A stretch of DNA of 64,000 nucleotides from the human T2T-CHM13v2.0 reference genome, Homo sapiens. The stretch lies in NCBI RefSeq assembly GCF_009914755.1, contig NC_060930.1. One strand, given 5' to 3'. Under the pieces are notes generated by a model. The model did not search any database. It was not told where the DNA came from and saw nothing but the letters and a program-made list of their open reading frames with translations. A program made the translations under genes and the position numbers. Within the stretch, counting starts at the first letter, position 1. Each line of letters starts with the position of its first letter. This document shows positions 18,797 through 33,836 of the stretch, in pieces.

Positions 18797-18976
18797 GGAT
18801 TGCTGGTAAAGATGACTGCTCAGTTAAATTTGAATCAGATGAAAAATGAATATTTCTCACTGTAAGTATATCTCATGTAAAATTGGCATAACCTTACACT
18901 AAATAGTTACTCAATCATATGAAATTCAAATTTAACTGCGTGTCCTGTATTTTTATTTACTAAATCTGGAAACCCT
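18797..18976. mobile_element. MER53-like hAT MITE
   Basis: Palindromic 'cagttaaatttgaat...attcaaatttaactg' core and 'aaatctgg.aaccct' end. Confidence 0.7.
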
Positions 18977-19466
18977 ATGTTACAATGAAGACCACCATCA
19001 TTCTAATTCTCATTCTTTTATTCAGAAAATGTTTCTCCATTCTCTCCGAGGCTCCTTTAATTTTTCTCTTTCCCCAATATAGTAGAATTTGGTGGAAATT
19101 TGCTTTGTTGCATATCCTTTTTTATTAATTGCACTGGGCACATGATGGACCCTTTCAAACTGGATACTTACGTCCTTTAATTCTGGGGACATACAGAGAC
19201 ATAGATATAGATAGATATTTCCAGTATTCCAATTAATTTGTCAATTTGATAATAATATATTGATTCTGTTGACTTCTTATCTTTATAATTTTTTAATCTC
19301 CTTGCTTCTTTCTTTTTCCTGCTTTCTGGGAGATTTTATTACATATTTTAAACCAATCTATTAAATTATTTATTTTTCCATCAAAATTCTAATTTCCAAG
19401 AGTTTTTTCTTGTTCAGAGATTATTCCTTTTTCATAAAATTATAGGCTTATATGTGCATGCTGTAA

Positions 19467-19826
19467 TGCTATAGACTGGATGTTTGTGTTCCTCTCCCCA
19501 TCCCTCTGCAAATTTATATTTTAAAATCTAATCCCTAAATTGAGGGTATTTGGAGGTGGGATCTTTGGGAGGCTCTGCCCTCATGAATGGAATTAGTGCT
19601 CTTACAAAAGAGGACCCAGAGAGGTCCCTCACCTTTTCTGCCGTGGAGAACACAGCAAAAAAACAGCAGTCTATGAACCAGGAAGCACGCCCTCACCAGA
19701 CACTGAATCTGCTGGCACCTTGACCTTGGACTTCTTAGCCTCCAGGACAATGAAAGATAAATTTCTGTTGTTTATACGCCATCCAGTCTATGATATTGTG
19801 TTATAGTAGCTCAAGCAGACCAAGAA
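19467..19826 (+). mobile_element. MLT1A/MST-type MaLR solo LTR
   Basis: 'tgctatagactgga...caccagacactgaatctgctggcaccttgaccttggacttc...agcagaccaaga'. Confidence 0.82.
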
Positions 19827-20623
19827 AACTACCTGTATCTCTCTGACAATTTTTATTACTGCTGTCCTTCTTTTTGAAATATTTTTCCATACAAAATCTC
19901 TGTTTCACCCAAAATTTCTTCTTCTTATTATCATTTTGGTGTCTTTTTCCTTATGACATTCTTACTATAATATCTATAATTTTTGCTTTTTTCTTTTGTC
20001 TGATGGGTCATTAGATAGGAACCCAGCTGTTTTGTTGAGATATTCATACATATAAGCTTATACTGACAATTATTTATTGGGACTGAATATTTCTCCAAAA
20101 TGATTCCATGGGTTTTCTGCTTGCTCATATTTTTCATACAGGACCAAGAAAGGGGGCTAGAAGTGACAATATTCCAAAACCCGACTTAAGTGTCTGCAGC
20201 TCCCCCATTTCCAGAAACATACCTGGAGTCATGGGCCTTGGGCATCTCCTATGACATTCATATAGGGAATGTCCTGTGAGTAGATGCCTTCCATTACGTC
20301 TTCTCCCTTTCCACCTGAACTTGTGTTGGTGACAATAAAGGTATAATCTCCACTTAAATCTAGGGAGAGTAGATTTTGAACCAGGCCAAATGCAGATTTG
20401 AGAGTCATATTTAAAGAATTTCTAAACCTTCAGGAGAATGAGATACATTTAAGAAGGAATTTTGAATAGTCCTCAGTACTAAAAGTCTCAGTTTCCCTGA
20501 TTTAAGCCAATTCGTGCATTTATTAGTATGCCCCTCAGAAACAAGCACTTGATTATAAAAAATGAACTAGAGAAGGCCAGAAAATGATGTAAGTTCTCTA
20601 GAGAAAGATACATCTGAAGAACA

Positions 20624-22310
20624 CAGGCATACCTTAGAGATATTGCAGGTTTGGTTCCAGACCTCTGCAATACAGTAAATACCACAACAAGCAAGTCACA
20701 TGAATGTTTTGGCTTCCCAGTGCAAATAAAATTTATGTTTACACTGTACTGTAGTGCAATGAATTATGTCTTTTAAAAGTACATATCTTAACTTAAAAAT
20801 ACTTTACTGCAGCTGGGTGCAGTGGCTTATATCTATAATCTCAACACTGTGGGAGGCCAAGGTAGTAGGATCACTTGAAGCCAGGAGTTTGAGACCAACC
20901 TGGACAACAAAGCAAGACCCCGACCTTGTTTCTACAAAAAAACAAAGCAAAGAAACAAAAAAGTTTATTGCTTAAAAGTGATAACAATTATCAGAGCTTT
21001 CAATGAGTTGTAATCTTCTTGCTGGTGGGTGGTCTTGTCTCCATGTCGATGGCTGCTGACTGATCAAAATGTTGGTTAGTGAAGGTTAAGGTATCTGTGG
21101 CAATTTTTCAAAATAAGACAGCAATGAAGTTTGCTCTATTGATTATTTCATGAAAGATTTCCCTATGGCATGTGATGTTGTTTGATAGTATTTTAACCAC
21201 AGTGGGACTTATTTTGAAATCAGTCAATCCTCTTAAACTCTGACATGGCTTTATTAGCTAAGTTTATGTAATATTCTAAATCCTTTGTTGTCATTTCAAC
21301 AATGTGCACAGCATCTTCACCAGGAGTAGATGCCATCTCAAAAACTACTTTCTTTGCTTATCCATAAGAAGCAACTCCTCATCTGTTCAAGTTTTATCAT
21401 GAGATTGTAGCAATTCAGTCCCATCTTCAGGCTCCATATCTAATTCTAACTAAGATTCAAATTAGAATTAGAATTAACTCTAGAATTAATCTAACTCTTG
21501 CTATTTCCTCCACATCTTCAATGACTTCCTTCGCTGAAGTCCCAAACCCTAAAACTCACCTATGAGGGTTGGAGTCAACTTTTTCCAAACTCTTGTTGAT
21601 GTTGATATTTTGACCTCCTCCTATAAATCACACATATTAATGGTATCTAGAACAGTTAATCCTTTCCAGAAGGTTTTCAATTTACTTTGCCCAGATCCAT
21701 CAGAGGAATCACTCTCGATGGCAGCTATAGTCTTATGAAATGTATTTTTTTTCTTTCTGAGACTGAGTTTTGCTCCTGTTGCCCAGGCTAGAATGCAGTG
21801 GCACAATCTCGACTCACTGAAACCTCCACCTGCCGGGTTCAAGTGATTATCCTGCCTCAGCCTCCTCAGCAGCTGGGATTACAGGCCCCCACCGCCTTGC
21901 CCAGCTAATTATTGTATTTTTAGTAGAGATGGGGTTTCACCATGTTTGCCAGGCTGATCTTGAACTCCTGACCTCAGGTGATCCACCTGCCTAGGCCTCC
22001 CAAAGTGCTGGGATTACAGGCATGAGCCACTGCGCCCAGCCTGAAATGTGTTTCTTAAATAATAAGACTCGAAAGTCAAAACTACTTGATCCATGAGCTA
22101 AAGAATGGATGCTGTTTTAGCAGGCATGAAAACAACATTAATCTCTTTGTATATCTTTATAAGAGCTCTTAGATTACCAGCTACATTGTCAATAAGCAGT
22201 AATATTTTGTAAGAAATCTTTGTATCTGAGCAATATGTCTCAATAGTGGACTTAAAATATTTAGTAAATGCTTCTGTAAACAAATGTACTGTCATCCAGG
22301 CTGTGTTGTT
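20624..22310 (-). mobile_element. Tigger1 DNA transposon, 3' part, interrupted by Alus (~20810-20962, ~21745-22042)
   Basis: Terminus caggcataccttagagatattgcaggtt; minus-strand transposase remnant '[11 protein letters not shown]...KILLLIDN...[14 protein letters not shown]'. Confidence 0.9.
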
Positions 22311-23316
22311 TTTCCTTTCCTTTTTTTTTTTTTTCCTGAGACTGAGTATTTTGCTATTGTCGCCCAGACTGGAGTGCAGTGGCGTGATCTTGGCTCACTG
22401 CAACCTCCATCTCTGGGGTTCAAGTGATTCTCTTGCCTCAGCCTCCTGAGTAGCTGGGACTACAGGCGTGTGCCACCACGCCCAGCTAATTTTTGTATTT
22501 TTAGTAGAGACAGGGTTTCACCATGTTGGCCAGGATGATCTCAATCTCTTGACCTCGTGATCTGCCTCCCAAAGTGCTGGGATTACAGGCTTGAGCCACC
22601 ACACCCAGCCTGTTTTTCCTTTTCTTGGAGGCAGTGACAGTGCTGAGAAAGCATCTCTTATGGAGCAGATGGGGTGGAGCGGGAGAGTGGTGGAGAAGGT
22701 TGGGGGAAGGAGAGAACAGAAGCTGCTGTAGAAAAGGAAAGAAGACCTCCAATGGATCCCTCTTCCCTGTATCTCTATGAAACACATCTTCAGCTGCTGG
22801 AAAAAGGGCATGGAACTCAGTCACCCTTCAGAGCCCTGGTGAAGCCCCATTGCAAGAAAGAGAAAGAAAAAGAAAAAACAATTACCCTGTAGGGAAATAG
22901 AACATTTATTGGGCTCATACCAACAGCTGGGAGAAAACTGGATCACTGGAAAGTCCCCACCCTGAGACTCAGGGGCACATTGCCTGAGATAGCGTTAATT
23001 AGAATAGAGAATGCCACCTGTCAGCCATGTGTGGTGGCTCATGCCTGTAGTCCCAGCACTTTGGGAGGTGGGCAGATCCTTGAGCTCAAGAGTTCAAGAC
23101 CAGTCTGGGCAATGTGGTAAAACCCTGTCTCTATAGAAAAAAAATACCAAAATTAGCCAGGCATGATGACATGTGTCTGTGGTCCCAGCTACTCGAAAGG
23201 CTGAGGTGGGGGAATTAATTGAGCATGGGTGGTTGTGGCTGCAGTTAGCCGTGATGCCACTGCACTCCATCCTAGGTGACAGAGCAAAACCCTGTCTCAA
23301 TGGCAACAAAAAAAAG
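22310..23316. mobile_element. AluS (-, ~22310-22610) and AluJ (+, ~23022-23316) within old L1-like 5' sequence
   Basis: Alu motifs; flanking purine-rich sequence resembles decayed L1 5' regions. Confidence 0.75.
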
Positions 23317-24911
23317 CATCAAATAACAGGTAAGGGCAATCTACCCCTGGTCTGCTGGGAGAGGGCCAAGAGCTTGGGGGTGCGGCCTTTTCTAAGGAAC
23401 ACCAAAAAGAGAAGACCTAAAGTTTGAGGTTGGAGTAGACACTGAAATAAATCCTCTAGTAAGCCAGCCCCCAGCCTAAGCACAGAGCAATCTGAAGCCT
23501 GATGTGCAGTGAGAGAAGCATGACAACAATAAATTCCACACCTCACCCACCTCCTAATTAGACTGGTTCAACTCCACACACTAAAGGACTACCAGAAGGA
23601 AAGAAGTATTCATTTCGAAGCAGAAAACAATTAAACTGAGAGTTTTGATTTGGATCAAAATGGAAGTATTGAAGACTGGATTTACTCTCCCAACTAAAAC
23701 ACTATATAAAATATATGAAACAGCAGCCCTCAACATATTGCATGTCAAACATTGAAGGACAGTGATCCTCAGAAGACAGAAAACCTTAAAATTGGCCCAG
23801 CTTTTTCTTGTAGGAAGTTTCTAGGCCAAGAAGCAAGGAAGAGAAACCCAGGAATAGCCTGTTGGTCTCCCTAAGTTGAGGAGATGGACGTGAGAGTCCA
23901 GGGAAGTCAAGGTAGCTAGAGCACACAGAGAAGACCACCCGAGAGGAGACATTCAAAGAACTCCAGAGATCTGCAGAGGGTCTGCCTTGCAACTGAGTCT
24001 CATCAGCACATGTATGTGAGGAAAATATCCAATCAAGAGCAAACACTGCGCAGATTTCAGAGGATACTGCCTGCCAGATTTATGATTCCTGCTGAAAGCT
24101 TCAGGTGGGGAAGGACACATGGCTTGGAGTCCTTCCCTACCTCTCCCATCTGTTCCCATTTTTCACTGACTGAAAATCATCAGACTTTCAATCACCCCTT
24201 GAAGATACATTATTGCTATTGAATTTTTGTGTTTGGCTTTCTAGACTATTTGCAGTCTGACAATTTGTACCTTTAATGGCAGAAGTTACTCAACAATGAG
24301 CTGATCACATGACTCTATTAATCTTATTTTTTCCTGTTATATACTCCTCAGTAGTTTGATTGTTGTCCCCACAATGTGATTATAATGGGGTGTCCTCATA
24401 ATGGGATTATCTTTATTAGGCTGCTACTGAATATGATTGGAACAAAAGGTGTGGGAAGTTATACAAATCTATTTTGAAAATTTTGAACATTCAGAGTTTT
24501 GCTTTGACTTGGCTTCTTGCATTGTTCTTCTTCCATTATTCTTTTTCCTACAGCCTGGCTTAAGGGAGCCTAGCAGATATCAGACTTAATCCTGGTTAAG
24601 TTGTATAAAAATGCTTTTCTATGAAAGTATTTTTCTCCCTCTTACACCCAAATCCTCTTGACAAAAGCTCTGAGTGAAAGTAGGAAATAATTGGGAAAAA
24701 AACATGAGATTATAGTTAGTGAGATGAGACACACAGAGTGTGTAATAATCAAGGAAGAGCAAAAACTTTGGTACCCAAAGAAGCAAATTTTAGACTCCAG
24801 AAAAAGTTTGGGGGTGGGGGTTGAGGGGGGAAGAAATAATGATTTGTTTTTATTTTTAAGAACTGCCTGTGGAAGCCTTCTCCTCCTGAAAAAACAAAAA
24901 TACTATCTGTG

Positions 24912-27880
<2,969 letters not shown>

Positions 27881-27899
27881 TATGTTTAAGAGACATAGC

Positions 27900-29705
27900 T
27901 TAAAGTAATAAAAGCCATCTATGACAAACTCATAGCCAACATTATACTGAACAGGGAAAAGTTGAAAGCATTCCCCCCGAGAACTGGAATGAAACAAGGA
28001 TGCCCACTTTCACCACTTCTGTTCAACATAGTACTGGAAGTCCTAGTCAGAGCAATCAGACAAGAGAAAGAAATAAAGGGCATCCAAACTGGTAAAGAGG
28101 AAGTCAAACTGTTGCTTTTGCTGATGATATGATCATATACCTAGAAAACCCTAAAGACCCATCCAAAAAGCTCCTGGAACTGGTAAATGAATTCAGTAAA
28201 GTTTCAGGATACAAAATTAATGTCCACAAATCAGTAGCTCTGCTATACACCAACAGCGACCAAGCTGAGAATCAAATCAAGAAATCAACCTCTTTTACAA
28301 TACCTATAAAAATTAAATAAATAAATAAAATAAGGTACTTAAGAATACACCTAACCAAGGAGGTGAAGGACCTCTACAAGGAAAACTACGAAACACTGCT
28401 GAAAGAAATTATAGATGACACAAACAAATGGAAACACATCCCATGCTCATGGATAGAATCAATATTGTGAAAATGATCATACTGCCAAAAGCAATCTACA
28501 AACTCAATGCAATTCCCATCAAAATACTACCATCATTTTTCACAGAACTAGGAAAAACAATCCTAAAATTCATAGGGAACCAAAGAAGAGCCCATATAGC
28601 CAAAGCAAGACTAAGCACAAACAAGAAATCTAGAGGCATCACATTACCCAACTTCAAACTATATACAAAGCCATAGTCATCAAAACAGCGTAGTGCTGGT
28701 ATAAAAATAGGCACATAGACCAACAGAACAGAATAGAAACCCAGAAATAAAGCCAAATACTTGTAGCCAACTGATCTTCAGCAAAGCAAACAAAAACATA
28801 AAGTGGGGAAAGGACACCCTTTTCAACAAATGATGCTGGGATAATTGGTGACCCACATGTAGAAGAATTAAACTGGATCCTCATCTCTCACCTTATACAA
28901 AAATCAACTCAAGATGCATCGAAGACTTAAATCTAAGACCTGAAACCATAAAAATTGTACAAGATAACACCGGAAAAAACCTAGACATTGGCTTAGGCAA
29001 AGATTTCATGACCAAGAACCCAAAAGCAAATGCAACAGAAACAAAGATAGACAGGACTTAATTAAACTAAAAAGCTTCTGCACAGCAAAAGAAAAAATCA
29101 GCAGAGTTAACAGACAACCCACAGACTGGGAGAAAATCTTCACAATCTATACATCTGACAAAGGACTAATATCCAGAATCTACAAAGAACTCAAACAAAT
29201 CAGCAAGAAAAAAAAAAACAACCCCATCAAAAAGTGGGCTTAGGACATGAATAGACAACTCTCAAAAGAAGATATGCAAATGGCCAACAAACATATGGAA
29301 AAAATGCTCAACACAGCTAATTATCAGGAAAATGTAAATCAAAACTACACTGCAAATCTACCTTACTCCTGCAAGAATGGCCATAATCAAAACATCAAAA
29401 AATAATAGACGTTGGCATGGATGTGGTGAAAAGAGAACACTTTTACACTGTTAGTGGAAATGTAAACTAGTACAACCATTATGGAAAACAGTGTGGATAT
29501 TCCTTAAAGAACTAAAAGTAGATCTACCATTTGATCCAGCAATCTGACTACTAGGAAGAGGAATAACCACAGAAAAATAAGTCATTATACAAAAAAGATC
29601 CTTGCACATGCATATTTATAGGAGCATAATTCGTAATTGCAAAAATATAGAACCAGCCTAAATGCCCATCAATCAACAAGAGGATAAAGAAAATGGTGTA
29701 TATAC

Positions 29706-29740
<35 letters not shown>

Positions 29741-30090
29741 ATGGAATAGTACTCAGCCATAAAAAGGAGCAAATACTGGTATTCACAGCAATCTGGATGG
29801 AACTGGAGACTATTATTCTAAGTGATGTAACTCAGGAATGGAAAACCAAATGTTGTATGTTCTCACTGATAAGTGGAAGCTAAGCTATGAGGACACAAAG
29901 GCATAAGAATGACACATAGGACTTCAGGGACTCGGGAAAGGGTGGGAGGGGGTGAGGGATTAAAGACATCGGGTACAGGATACACTGCTTGGGTTATGGG
30001 TGCACCAAAATCTCAGAAACCACCACTAAAGAACTTATGCATGTAACCAAACACCACCTGCTTCCTAAAAACCTATTGAAATAAAAAATA
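27900..30090 (+). mobile_element. L1PB-type 3' portion (RT/C-terminal ORF2 remnant, 3'UTR, A tail); older L1 resumes 30105-30412
   Basis: '[32 protein letters not shown]' RT motif; L1PB-like 3'UTR ending 'aaaacctattgaaataaaaaa'; (CA)n at ~29704-29740. Confidence 0.88.
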
Positions 30091-30646
30091 CATTTTTATT
30101 TTTAAAAAATGTCCATACTACCCATACTACCCAAAACAATCTACAGATTGAATCCAATCCCCATCAAAATACCAATGACATTCTTCACAGAAGCAGAATA
30201 AACAATTCTAAAATTTATGTGGAACCACAAAAGACCGAGAATAATAGCAAAAGCTAACCTGAGCAAAAAGAACAAAACTGGAGGAATCACATTACATGAC
30301 TTCAAATTCTACTACAGAGCTATAGTAACCAAAACAGCATGGTACTGGTATAAAAACAGACACACAGACAAATGGAACAGAATACAGTACCCAGAAATAA
30401 ATCCACACACTTAGGGCATGGCTACACGGAGGAAGGGGTTTCTGAGCACAATACTCTGTGTGTGTTAACTTTGTAGTTTTGAAGTTAACAAGACCCTGGG
30501 CTCGCTATGCAGTCCGTATGTGATGTTGAACCCTTTACACACAGCACTAGACGGTTTTGAACCTATCAAAACACTGCTTCACTTAAATTTCACCAACTCC
30601 TTAAAATCCTAGTAAGTCTATGTTTTCCTTTGTTCCTATGTTCTCC

Positions 30647-31027
30647 TTTTCTCCCACTTTGTGGGTTGTCTGTTTACTCTGCTGATTATTTTTTTTGCTG
30701 TGCAGAAGCTTTTTAGTTTAATTAAGTTCAGTCTATTTATCTTTGTTTCTGTTGCATTTGCTTTTGGGTTCTTCATCGCGAAGTCTTTGCCTAAGCCAAT
30801 GTCTAGAAGGTATTTTTCCGGTGTTATCTTGAGCAATTTTTATGACTTCGGGTCTTAGATTTAAGTCTTTGATGCATCTTGAGTTGATTTTTGTATAAGG
30901 TGAGAGATGAGGATCCAGTTTAATTCTTCTACATGTGGGTCACCAATTATCCCAGCACCATTTGTTGAAAAGGGTGTCCTTTCCCCACTTTATGTTTTTG
31001 TTTGCTTTGCTGAAGATCAGTTGGCTA
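30647..31027 (-). repeat. Inverted copy of the L1 segment at ~28764-29136
   Basis: Reverse complement aligns almost base-for-base with 28764-29136. Confidence 0.88.
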
Positions 31028-31399
31028 ATCAGATACCTCATAGCTCCTTTGTTGTATAATTTTGTGCATTGTAGATCAGGGTCAAAATGATAAAGGTGAT
31101 TTTCTGGGACTACAGACTTGTCAATAACAGGTGGTCCTAGGCTGATAGAGGTAAACAAATAAAAGCTTTAAAAGAATATTCTCTGTTAAAATTTGCTTTC
31201 ATAAATTTCATGTTTAAAATCATTTGTGAATAAATGTTAAAATAAAAAGGTGAGCCACGATTTTGGTAAGGCAATTTCTGAGCAAATCACACACAATTTT
31301 TTTTCATTCCCATTGATCTATTACATAGACGAATATTTGGTTGTGAAAAAGTGAGAGAAAGAACTCGGCTATTTTATTATAGTAGAGCAACACCGAAGG

Positions 31400-32200
31400 G
31401 AGACGACTTCGCTGTAGCTCAGAGTCTTTTTCCATTCTTCACCCACGCGCGGGGCAGTCGCGCGGCGCGGTCGCGCGGCGGGTAGGAACTACCATCCCAG
31501 CATCCTCTGCGGCGCGGGGAAGGAAGCCCGGGAATGAGAGAAAGAGGCTCCGGGGAGATAGCGGACCAGTGAGGGCTGCCCCTCTTTTGAAGCGGTTTTC
31601 GTCTCTTTCCGCCAGTGGCCTCCCAGCTCACGCAGGGGCGGGTCCCGGTAGCGCGAGGCGGTGCAGGGCGGGAAGGGGAGTGGTGGCGGCTGCGGCAGTA
31701 GGGACAGCAGGAGCAGTGGTGCTGTCAGCGCGGCCGTCGGAGACATGGGAGACCCGGGGTCGGAAGTGAGTAGTCGAGTGAGGGTCCTGGCGTTCTCAGA
31801 GGCGAACCGCGAAGGGTTTGTGTTTTCTGCGGTCTGAGGCCTGGTGCTCCGTCGCAGCCTCGGGGCGATACCTCTTCAGTGTCTTGGGCCGAGCCCAGCT
31901 CTGGGGCCTGGTGCGTGTCTGAGCGAGGAACCCGCAGCAACAATGGCCGCCCGGCCCCCCGCACGGGCCCTGGCGTTCGTTGTGGCCGCGGCTGGGCCAG
32001 TGGGAGCGACGTTTTAAGGCAGGATTGCCCTTCGGTGTTGAGCTTGCGTTCCTCCTGGAGTAGATAAGGGGAATTGTGAGAGGCTGGTAACTAACGCGTT
32101 TTCAGCGTTGGGTCCCTGCAGCTCCGCACACTCTGTGGCAAGAGCCAGAGCTCGAGTTCCGTTCCTAGTCGGGTTTCCGTGAAATTGTGCTCAGTTCGTT
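31400..32200 (+). promoter_or_regulatory. KIAA1586: CpG island promoter and first exon of KIAA1586
   Basis: Abrupt GC/CpG enrichment; GC box ggggcggg at ~31635; ZNF143/SBS-like aactaccatcccagcatcctctgcg at 31487-31511; ETS core cggaagtg at 31761. Confidence 0.88.
31745..31765 (+). CDS. KIAA1586: KIAA1586 coding exon 1 (MGDPGSE)
   Basis: Good Kozak gacATGG; gtgagt donor at 31766. Confidence 0.92.
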
Positions 32201-32301
32201 TTCCTCAAGAGCTCTCTGTCTTTAATTGTTCCTTTCGGAAACGCTCTCTTCCTACACGAATGTGGCTGAACAGATAAGCATGTTTTGGCTTGTTTTTATA
32301 G

Positions 32302-32385
32302 ATAATAGAATCTGTCCCTCCAGCTGGCCCTGAGGCATCTGAGTCAACAACGGATGAAAATGAAGACGACATTCAGTTTGTCAGT
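32302..32385 (+). CDS. KIAA1586: KIAA1586 coding exon 2 ([28 protein letters not shown]; SIM1)
   Basis: tttttatag acceptor; gtaagt donor; 84 nt, phase 0-0; acidic tract plus IQFV SIM as in ZNF451. Confidence 0.93.
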
Positions 32386-32926
32386 GTAAGTAGCAATGAT
32401 GATTGGGGTTTTCCCAGAGTAAAAGACTATGGTGGGCCATTATGTAATGTTACCTCACCTGGTCATTTAATGTTCATGAGTGTCTAATACATACTAGACA
32501 CTGGAGCATGGCGCAGGATTGGGAAATTTACCAAAAGAGCTATCTGAGGCCACCCCCGTAGCCATCACAAAGAGCACGTCCTAAAGAACGTGCTGTACAC
32601 TTAATCTCGCCCCCTGCCTTTCATTTAAACTTAAGATAAAAACGCTGGTGTCTAAAACGCTGTTTTGAAATGGAGCAAGAGTAACTTCTAAAGGCGACAC
32701 GGAGGAAGGAGCTGCTAATGATGAGCAAGGACGTAGAAAACAGGAAGGGTTGTGAGAGCCCAGAATCTTAGCGTTATGGTGCTTCTAACATGAAGGCAAA
32801 TAGCTTGAAGATTTCTCTAACCTCTGAGATCATCATGTTACGGCATAGTACAGTTGATGCTCATAATGAAGAATCCTACATCACTGGGAACATGCTCTAT
32901 TTTTCTGAGTTTGTTCCCTTTGAGAC

Positions 32927-33080
32927 AGTAGTTTTCAAGCCTTAGTAAGTATAAACAGGCAGATTCCTGGGCCCCACTGCAGACCTACCGAATCAGAATT
33001 TCCAGGCGGGGGCCTAGGAATCTTCATTTTCAGACAAGTGCAGGGACATAAGGATTTCTGAGCACACTTTGGACAGAATG
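32927..33080. mobile_element. MER5A-like MITE
   Basis: 'cagattcctgggcccc...agacctac.gaatcagaat...ggggcctaggaatct' motif. Confidence 0.7.
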
Positions 33081-33734
33081 GGTTTCTAAAGCAGAAGGGA
33101 GTGTTTTATGATATATTTTGGGGTGATTTTCATCCATAATTGTTGGAGTTTTAGAAAGGCTTTGCGTAAAGTGGTATCTCAGCTCGCCAGGCAGAAAACA
33201 GTTCTGTCCCCAACTCGTCTTTTGGAATGCCGTAGTTAGTTGCAGTTTGGTATTCAGGCTGTAAAATTTTTCTTTAATGGAGTGTCTGTCTAATGTTTCT
33301 GTGTTTTTTAGTTTTTGTAGGTTTAGGGCGACTTTGTAAGTCACTTGTTTTTTAAATTAAAATTTCCTCCCTAAACATTGTTTTGTTAACATCGTTGTTT
33401 GTTTTTCGTGTTTTGTGTATAAGTTCTTTACCCTGTCACTTTCTGGACATATTTCCCAATTAATAGTGTGTGTATATTTTGTTCCTGACATTTGGAACCT
33501 TTCTAAATATTGATGATACCAAGGGAGATTGTATGCTGACTCTGCCTTCACTGTTGTTATGGAGTAAGCAACGTAACTTGAAATCAAAGAGCAATGGTTT
33601 CTGTTTTTGTAACGAGAAACATTTGGGAAGAGGAGTTCATGGGTCTTTAGGAAAAATAATTTTGGTTTCCTCTTAACTGGTATAAAAACAGGAATGATTG
33701 GGACAGATGATCTTGATGAGTTTTTTGTGCATCT

Positions 33735-33836
33735 GTATGTAGAAGTGACACACGTCTGATTGATGATCCATGTGCCATTGAGAAAGTATGTAGAAGTGAC
33801 ATACGTCTGATTCATGATCCATGTGCCGTTGAGAAA
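33735..33836 (+). repeat. 51-bp tandem duplication in KIAA1586 intron 2
   Basis: gtatgtagaagtgaca...gagaaa occurs twice (33735-33785, 33786-33836) with 3 mismatches. Confidence 0.92.

Noticed and set aside
33705-33815. TGATGA and CTGA motifs suggesting a C/D box snoRNA
   Set aside because: Box C lacks the leading purine, there is no terminal stem, and the motif recurrence is explained by the tandem duplication.
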